DNA of 64,000 nucleotides from Adineta vaga (Eukaryota; Animalia; Rotifera): NCBI GenBank assembly GCA_021613535.1, contig CP075497.1, positions 7,006,001 to 7,070,000 of the forward strand, read 5' to 3'. Shown piece by piece: positions 55,176 to 64,000 of this stretch (position 1 is its first letter; each line of letters starts with the position of its first letter). The notes under the pieces were generated by a model. It saw only the letters and a program-made list of their open reading frames with translations, ran no database searches and was not told where the DNA came from. The position numbers and the translations under genes were made by a program.

Positions 55176-55563
55176 AATAATCGTAAAACGCTGTGTCGCT
55201 TTGTTTTTCTTTTCTTTGATAGGATCAATGAAATCTATGATTTATATATTTTTGATCTGAACAAAATCTTCTATTCGAATAAATCGATGTCATTTTTCAA
55301 AGCTTAAGAATAATTCTTTACTTACATTGACTTTCGCTATAGAAAGCGATTGATTACATAAAATTAGGATACTTGAGTTGATCCCTGTTATTTTAAGCAT
55401 GTAAGTACACACAGACAGAAGAGAACGAGAGAAAATGTTTGTTAACGTACTGATCATCAGCGATGTTTTTGACTTATTCTCATTACATATATGTATATGT
55501 TCAATTGAACTAGTTACGACTTCATTTGTGTAAGAAATCTTTTAATTTAGTTGATTTGAAATA

Positions 55564-56845
55564 ATGGTATCGATTATTATTTCTTTACAAATTTTATCTC
55601 TGATGATAATTCTTAATCATGGACAAGATACATTTGATTGTAATGGTTATGAAGATGATTCTTTTCATCCTATTTTCGATGCAGATGATTGTCGACATTA
55701 TTGGCATTGTATATATGTCGATACAGTTTATATGCATGCGGTTAAACGTGTTTGTCCAGCTGGAACAGAATTTGATGCAACATTAAAACAATGCGAAACA
55801 TCAAGTCTAGTAAGAAGATAAAAATAACGAAGTCTCTTCGATTTAAATTGAAGAAAATTTTAATAGGTAGATTGTCGACCACCGAAATCACCTCATCTAC
55901 CACGAACAACTTCAACTACAAAAGCATGGAAATGGATTTATTCAAGATTATTTTCACGAAAACATTGGAAAGCAACGATGCCATCTACGGTAATGTTAAG
56001 AAGACAACCAATATCTGATTTAGAAGATCCTCCTGAAATTGAAATTACTACAATGATTATACCTGAACCAGAAATGACACAACAAATTCGAGTATTACCT
56101 TTCACTTTACCTCAACCAACAACTTCTTTTTCAATCGAAGAGGTATGTCTTGTGCAAAAACTTCTTGATTTCACTTTTATTATTTGGAATAATTTAGCTT
56201 TCAAAAAATCTTAATGCATTGGTATTAAATTCTCGTCCTCGAAAACATAAATCAGGTGGAATGAAATTTTTTCAAATAGGTGAACCAGAAAATGAAGCAC
56301 AAATCTATATATCAACTACACAACAAAGAACAAGACGAACTCGCTTAACAACTCAATCAACTTCCACTCAAATCACAACTCAATCACCATTAACAACATT
56401 ATTTCTAACTACAGAACTTCCAACAACGACAATCATCACCACTACTGTAACTGATACTCATCCTCCAACTACAATAACAACGATTACATCTCCTATGACG
56501 TCAACATCAATAACAACTCTTGTTACACAACCGGATTCAACAATAAATATGACTCTACAATCACGAAACAATCGACGACGTCAAAACATGACTTTATATA
56601 TCTTAACAAGTGATGACCATAAAATTCGACAATTTTCAGTGAATCACACACGTGGACTTTTAATTAATTGTAATCAATTACGACGTCGATTACTTGGTCG
56701 TCGTCGTCGTTTACGAGATGTTATTCATACGACAACAAATCATACTTTGATTATGAAACATTCATCTACTTCATCAATTCAAATATTTCATTATAAGCTT
56801 ATAGTCTTGATCTTGTTTCTCACAAAATTAATTATAAATACGTAG
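55564..56845 (+). CDS. Secreted or surface chitin-binding type-2 (CBM14/peritrophin-A) protein with Thr-rich mucin stalk and hydrophobic C-terminus; 3 exons
   Basis: Signal peptide, then 6-Cys spacing C...DCRHYWHC...CPAGTEFD...C...VDC (last Cys in exon 2), a Thr-rich region, and a terminal hydrophobic tail LIVLILFLTKLII. Confidence 0.85.
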
Positions 56846-57026
56846 ATATTCTTATATTTCCTTGGAAAAAATTGAAAAAAGTATAATATGTGTATATATG
56901 TGAATGTTTTCATTGTTCTGTTAACGAATTCCATATTAATTGTAGACAAATGAAACTAAATAAAACGAATAAGAAATACTTCGTGAATCATTAAACAGAT
57001 AGAAATTCTAACCTGGATTTGTATTC

Positions 57027-59025
57027 TTACTCTTGATGAGGACAAGTTATTGTTTTTGATCTAATCAAAGGAATTTGCAGTTAAAATTTTAAAAATAAAT
57101 ACCCTTTTTTCCATATCAGTTAATCTTACCGACTTAAACTCCAAATATGATGTTTAATTAATTGTTTTTCACATATTTCACATGGAATGCGCTGATGATT
57201 ACGAGCATGACCTAACTGTCGAGCAGCTGATCCTGTTCGAACTGTATTATGTCCTCCAGGTTTTTTGAAAATGATTTGTCGTTTCTTTGGAATACCATAA
57301 CCGATCGTTGGTTGTTTTAAAACATCATTTAAAATCTTCATTGCTGATTCTCGCTCTAAGAAGAAAAGAAATTCTTGAAGAATATTTCTCTTCGATTGCA
57401 AATCTTTATTTACCAAAATCGGTAGAATTGCGTATCCAAGTACCGAATTCATTTCCACTTCGTGAACTATTCTTATAATTTATGGGCTGTGTTGGTGGTT
57501 GTTGTTGATTACAATAAGCAAGCTAGTTTTAAAAATAGATATTAAAGTTGATATAAATAAAATTTACATACCACAGATCCATGTTGAAGATCTGATGAGA
57601 CTGGTGGAATTCGATAATAAGATCGTTCCGATCTTTTGTCACAATCTGGTTTACAATTTTTATAATACTCCTCGTTTGCAGCATCAGATATTTCTAATGC
57701 TTCAATATATTCTTCAGGATAGTTCTCGCCATCATTTGGTTGTCCCATCATTGTTGATTGTTCATAATCAGCTATTCGATTTTCATCCTCTGGATCACCT
57801 GATTCTTCTTTGGTTGAATCTGTTTGATTTGGTGGCGATTGTTCATCTTCATATTGTGAAGCATTGGCTTGTCTTGAATAATCATCTTGATCATTGTCTT
57901 GATTATTCTCTGAACGTGGTGGATAATTATCCAAAGATTGATGATATCGATATTTTTCTAAACGATGGCGAGCAGCACGTAATTCAGGTGGTGTTGGAGG
58001 AAGATTAAATTGAAGAAAATGTCCACCATCGTCAGCTTGTTTCTTTCGGCGACGAGGAACCTTCGATCCTGATTGTTCATTTGTTTGAGATGCAGATTGA
58101 TGTTGTTCTCCGGATGCATATGATGCTGATGCTGCTCGAGATAATGTCGATGGAACTTTATGTTGACCCAAACGTTGTTTAATATCGACAATTTGAGGAG
58201 GTGTATCCGGAGTTGGATAAGTAAGCCAATGTCGATATTGATCATTATCGATATCGATCATATATTTTTCTTTGTCTTCTTTCGAATTTCGTTGAGCTTT
58301 CATAGATCCTATTATGAACAGTAATAAGAAATCTTCTAGTCTAAATTAATTATGACTTTACGATATACAATAAAAATATTTCTAACAATCATTCATGAAC
58401 TGATCTCTTATTCGGTAGTTCTTGTATTTTCTAACAGATTGAAAAATAAATTCAATTTTTTTGCTATAATTTTTTCAAATTTCTTCGTATGTCATTACTG
58501 TTCACTAATTCATACTACTTAAGAATAGATTTGTAAACAATTTTACCTCGATTATCAGTTGATGCTGAAGCATAGTGAGGTTCCTAGTGAAAAAAATCTC
58601 TATTTTAATTTATTTCACATGATAAAACTTACTCGATAGATCGGTTGGGATTGTTTTTTACAATCAGCAGCAAACGTAGGTGATTCTTCACAAACAACTG
58701 GTAATGTTTTCGAACGTGTAAGCTGATAAGATGCAGGTGGTTGTTCTCGATATTCCTCATTATTTTTTTTCAAAAAAATAATCCGTGGAGTTGGTTGTTC
58801 ATCACTTATTGATTGTGTAAAATACGGATTCGTTCGAAATACTTTCATGTGTTGTTGTTGTTTTCGAACTTGTTTTTGATACTCTTGACCATATGGTGAA
58901 AGTTTCTTTTCTTTATTACTAGACGTTCCATAGGTTCTCGATTTAAATGTATCATTATATGTTGTAGTTGATTGTTTCCATCCCAATGGATCGTGCAATA
59001 ATGGTTGAAAGAGTGCCGACGACAT
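57027..59025 (-). CDS. Uncharacterised hydrophilic multi-exon protein
   Basis: Starts MSSALFQPLLHDPLGWKQSTTTYNDTF (ATG 59025). ORFs 58615-59070, 57542-58303 and 57126-57458 are flanked by GT-AG sites. The last exon SKTITCPHQE ends with TAA at 57027-57029. CxxC near the C-terminus. Small middle exons are not fully resolved. Confidence 0.6.
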
Positions 59026-59235
59026 CTTCGTGCGTCTAAGAAAGAACAAAATGATAAAGTAAAAAAACAATCGAAAAATTCTTTCTGTTTCTTATTGAAA
59101 GAATCAAAAATGAAACGAATAATCGTTTTTCGTCTGGCGGCACATGTAGAAATTGGTTACCGAAAAATGCAAATTGTTGTTATGGCTTGGTTTCCTAACA
59201 AAATTACTTTCAACTTTTTCTTTAATTCTGTTTTT

Positions 59236-59238
<3 letters not shown>

Positions 59239-59270
<32 letters not shown>
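59239..59270. repeat. (CTG)10 microsatellite
   Basis: Perfect CTG run read directly from the sequence. Confidence 0.95.
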
Positions 59271-59864
59271 AATTGAAAGAGAGCTAGAATAACAATAATA
59301 GCAACAGTCGAATGCATTACTATCAACATTGGCAAGACAAGAGAAGAACGCATTCGTGTGAGCGACAACGATTTTTTTCTTTTTTTAAATAAACTGATTC
59401 TTTATTTGTTGGTGAGACGATGATTTTAGTCGTCCTCGGTTTTGTTTTCATAGTAAACGTTTAAATAAACAAAAAAGCAACAGGCAAAAGTAAATTTCAT
59501 TGCTGGAATCTAGATGGCGATATGTGTGACAATTTCATGTCAAAAACATATGATTTTATTTCGTGTAAAATTTTATATTTTTTAAGATCTAATCAATCGA
59601 AATAAAACAATTCATTTTTCTGCTTATAGATGATGAAATGTTCTGATTGTTTTAGCAAAATTACCTTCATAATATCAATATAAATATCATATTCTATTGT
59701 ATTATTATTTAAATAACAGAAAAAAACACATAGATGAAGAGCATCAAACTTTACTTTTAATAAAACATCAAGGTCATCAAGAAAGTTAAATGATTCAAAC
59801 GTTGACTAAATAAACATTACATGTTTATCTGAAAAAGACAAAGAAATGTAAGAGATATCCTCTA

Positions 59865-61326
59865 TTAACATCCAGTTCGATGCCATTGATGAATATCTTT
59901 ATAGAATCGATGTTCATTTCTATTTTGCATATTCAATCTCATACATAATTCACACATACGTATTGGTTCAAGATCATTTGTTTGATAAAAGATTTGATAT
60001 TGATTAATCCATTGAAAATATTCTCGATAAAGAAAATAATCATTGGAAATTTCATGTAAATATTCTCCTAATTGTTTTGCAGATTGAAAATCATCGACAT
60101 GAATAAATGCAGATTTTGGTACACCTAAATCTAAATACGATTGTTTATTTGGTCCAAATACAATGGGAATCATTCCATAATAAAGTGCACGCCAAAATTT
60201 TTCAGTTATATAATCTGTACATGTTTGAGATTCGAATGCTAAATAAAATAATGCCAATCGTGATTGTTCAGTTTCACATGGATCATTTTTTTGACATTTA
60301 TTTTCATCTTTATCAATACATGAACCAAACGCATGAATTGGAAAGTAATATTTCAATTGTTCATAATACTTAAAACGTGCTTTTGGTTCACAGTTTGATA
60401 CAAACCATAAGGCATTTTTTGAACGATAACGATAATTTGTAAGGATATGATTTTCGAGAATAAAATCAGTAATTAATATATTACGATTGGTTAAAATATA
60501 AAGAAAATCTGATGAAAGAACTAAATCTGACATATTCGTGGAATAGAATTTTTCATTAGAACTATCTGGAATCAATAAACCATATGTTCCAATTGAAACT
60601 TCTGAATCTTGTCGAAAACTTAACGTCCAATTGAAATGATAATCATTCAGATGTTTTAATTCACGATTTGCTTCATCGATCCATAGAATCCAAATATCGT
60701 GATGAGAACGAGTCTTTAATTTCATTTGCATATCTTCTGTATTTATATCAACATGATGAAAAATACTTGCACGACGAATATTTTCCTGATTTATCAAGGG
60801 ATTTTTACATTTCCATTGACAATTTGTATATGGACATTGAGAATGAAAGATAAATGTTGATGAACAAAACTTTGGTTGTTGAAAAACCTTATGAAAAAAA
60901 GAATAAAAAATGAAATTTATTGAAGAAAATCTTTCCTACCGGTGTTTCTTCATAGATTTCAAAGATTTTTTGTGAAACACTTGGTAACGTTTCAATAACT
61001 CGATGTTTCTCAGTATGTTTCATATCTTTTTCTTCAAGTTTAATTGTTTTTCTTCGATAGATATTATAAAATATACTTGTCCAATTCAACTCATTTCGTC
61101 TTCGTTGTTTATATAATAACTCGATTTGCTCGATTTTTTGTTGATTAGTTAATAATTTATCTAGATTGTATAATTTTTGCCAAAATGATATTTCAAATGG
61201 ATTTTTTGTTGAAGAAAAATTCTTCTTTTTGAAACTTAAACGAATTTGAAGTATAAATAAGAGAATAATCAATAGAAAACATGCTCGTACAATGACGAAA
61301 CGTAAACGAGATAGTCGTAAATACAT
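59865..61326 (-). CDS. Alpha-1,3-fucosyltransferase (GT10), type II membrane protein, 2 coding exons
   Basis: N-terminal TM anchor in ORF 60889-61326. Catalytic exon has FNWTLSFRQDS, WFVSNC, FYLAFESQTCTDYITEKFWRAL, IPIVFG, FIHVDDF and YREYFQW. Confidence 0.9.
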
Positions 61327-64000
61327 TCAATAATGTCGTAAATAAAACACGACAGAAAATTTCCTTCGACGTTTCATTATTATCTACAAAAAGAAAGAAA
61401 AAAAAAGAAATTGATTTTGATCAAGATTTGATATGAATATTAATTAAGAAATCATTATTTCCTCTTTTTGTTTTCTCATTTATTTGTTTGCATACATCTC
61501 CTCAGAGATAACAAAGCACAAGAAAGAAAAGAATTAATCCCAGCTGTCATCACAAAGATACATATTCATCATCAAACAACTGTCACATTGGACTCCATCG
61601 AATAAGAAACAATACATTCAAATCAATTGCTCTTTCTCACCGGTATTTTTCGATCCTAAAAGAGAATATAGAGGAAAAACAGCTTACCCGTTTATTATAA
61701 ATACTCTTCCTGCATTTCTTTTACTCCTAGTCTCACGTATAACACTATGTGATCCGTGAAAGATGTCTATCAGAAATGTCTGACCGCGCAAATGAGTGGT
61801 TAAACGCACTTGGATTCACACGGCTTTTTCCAGGAAAAATGATCGATGTTAATAGTGTCTAAACAAGTAGTGAATTTCTCAATGATCATGTCGATGAATA
61901 GATCTTGATCGCTCAATAGTACTCTCACTTTTTTGTATTCTCTCTCACTCACTCTCTCTCTCTCTTTCTCTTGTGTTTTGTAGATAGTAACATTAATAGA
62001 ACGCAATAAAAAAAACGTGCTAGCGTTCCTATCCAAGCGATCCTATTTTTCTTCTCGTTGGTTATGTTCGATCGTTCTTTTTTTTAGAAGCGTAGGCAAC
62101 ATGGAAGCGGAACATCAGCACACACGGAAGAGGTCCTAGACATAACAATTATATCTCTCTGACAACGTAGGGAGTCCATCAAATGATAAGATGGCAGAAA
62201 AGGAGAAAAAAAAGAGATTCAGAGAGAAGAAAAAGAGAAGAGACAGTAAAATACAATTATGCTTATTTGTCGCACTAAATTGATGATGATCGAGAAATTC
62301 TTCTTCAACTATCGAATACAATCAGAAGAAGAAGAAGAAGAAAAACTCTCTCCGTTTTTTTTTTGTATTATTTTGTCAATTCTTTTTCAGTATTCTCAGT
62401 AACAGATTTTTTAAACAAAGAAGAATCGATAATTTACATATTCACTTATTATTAATGTCAACTCTTCCGGACGAGTTACTAATTATATATTCTATACTTC
62501 ATATTAAGCAAACTTTACTGCTACCAATCAAAACTATGTTCGAATATTTCACACGATATTCAACATATCTTAACAAGAGTTATTTCTCGACAGATATTAG
62601 TTAAGAAAACAAGTTTCTATCGATTGCCGATCTAACTAATGACACATATTAGAAAGAAATGAAGATATTTCATATAATCATGATGCCGCAAGGCAAAAAA
62701 ACACATTTCATTTGAAATTATTCGTCTCTAATTGAATATTTCATCGAGTTTTACAATTCAAACATATCATTTATAATAAATTCATTAGAAAAATTTAGAG
62801 AAGGAAATGTTTATGAGAAACATAATATTGATTTTTTTCATAAACAAAAGGGTCAAATGATTCCATATGGATTACATATCAATAACGTAAATAAATCTCA
62901 TCAGAAGAAAAAACTGTTCTGTTCTGTAATAAATTACTTCAGAAGCGTCGAATTCTTTTTTCAATTAATTTTCTGACACAATTCATCATCTATAATTCAA
63001 GAAAGAACAGCTCGGAATATTTCTATGCTCTTCTTACAATTATATCATATAGAATAGAAGATTGAAAGACATGTCGTGTTTAGTTGAAGAAGAAGAAGAA
63101 AGAGGAAATACTTATGAATTATTAGTTAAATAAATAAGAATAAGAAATACATTGGAAGTAATTCTATGTTCAAATAGCTTAAAAGAAAGAATAGTCCTTT
63201 TTCGTTGATATAAAAATAGATCTAATGGACTATAGACATGTAAGAATAGTTTCTTCCCTGGAACAGCTATCTGTATGTATGAAACACATGTTTTGAAAAC
63301 AAATTTCTAGATATATCGTCTTTCATTTGTTTTCTAAATTTGTAATATTTCTAATTAGATGATAAAGATATTTTTTCAAGTCTGAACTTATGCTTGATTC
63401 GATGTAAAGATCATTTTCAAGCAATGATGACCTAAACTATTAGTTATTTTTTGAAACGAGTCAGATCATTGAAAATATTGATACATACAATTATTTTACT
63501 TGAAAAATAATAGAAAAAGAAGTGATTTATATTCATTCATGCTCGTTAGTATTCTAGATGAGTAGACATTGATGAGATTTGAGGAATATGTTATTGTATT
63601 GTATACATAGACAAGTAATAGAAATATGTAATCGATGAGTTCATTTAAAAGTCAAAATATGCGAACAAAACTCGTTGCTACATCTAGAACAAATGATTCC
63701 GTCTTGATTTTTCATCAGCAGTCCAGTTAACGACATTATCTATCACAAGAGAAACGATTTTGGCGAAATTACTGTAATAAGTGATGTCCCTGAACACGAG
63801 TGAAAGACTCCCATTACATGATTTATATAAATTAATCATGATGAATTGAAATAGAAGGAAAAAAATCATTTATAGTACAACAATTCGTTTACTTTTCTCT
63901 ATTGTGATTATTTCCATTCATTGCATTTATGTTCATGGTGTTTTAATCACATCATTTAAGTAGCTTTCGGATTTAATTCAATGAACTGAACTAGTTCACC

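Noticed and set aside
59239-59270. CTG run as a coding polyLeu or polyGln tract
   Set aside because: It lies in a weak TTG-started ORF upstream of a divergent gene and is better explained as a noncoding microsatellite.
63684-63869. 61-aa minus-strand ORF with a hydrophobic N-terminus
   Set aside because: It could be an exon of a secreted protein, but I could not build a supported continuation.

Overview
This is AT-rich eukaryotic genomic DNA with dense genes and many short (about 50-65 nt) GT-AG introns, so the ORF track mostly shows single exons. The composition, the tiny introns and the intron-containing foreign-looking genes suggest a bdelloid rotifer (inference). I assembled gene models by hand. 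In order they are: the 5' exon of an unknown gene running off the left edge; a secreted CxxC thioredoxin/DsbA-like protein with a Cys-rich tail; a TIR-like + R-S-E ADP-ribosyltransferase fusion with one in-frame TGA; histidine decarboxylase; two tandem ABCA transporters (the second has two 1-nt frameshifts); a GKAP/DLGAP-domain protein with a 17-aa repeat array; a miniature collagen XV/XVIII-like gene; a convergent low-complexity protein whose stop codon overlaps the collagen stop codon; VDAC; two tandem bacterial-type GH13 (CBM48 + alpha-amylase fold) genes; a single-pass membrane microprotein; CMC4 (missed by the ORF track); an unknown gene; a chitin-binding mucin; another unknown gene; and a GT10 alpha-1,3-fucosyltransferase. 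I recognised no rRNA, tRNA, CRISPR array or intact transposon. The most notable items are the TIR-ART fusion with a stop just upstream of its catalytic ExE, the overlapping convergent stop codons, patchwork near-identity in both tandem pairs, the intron-bearing candidate horizontally acquired genes, and the almost collagen-free multiplexin. Family assignments come from motif recognition from memory, not from database searches.
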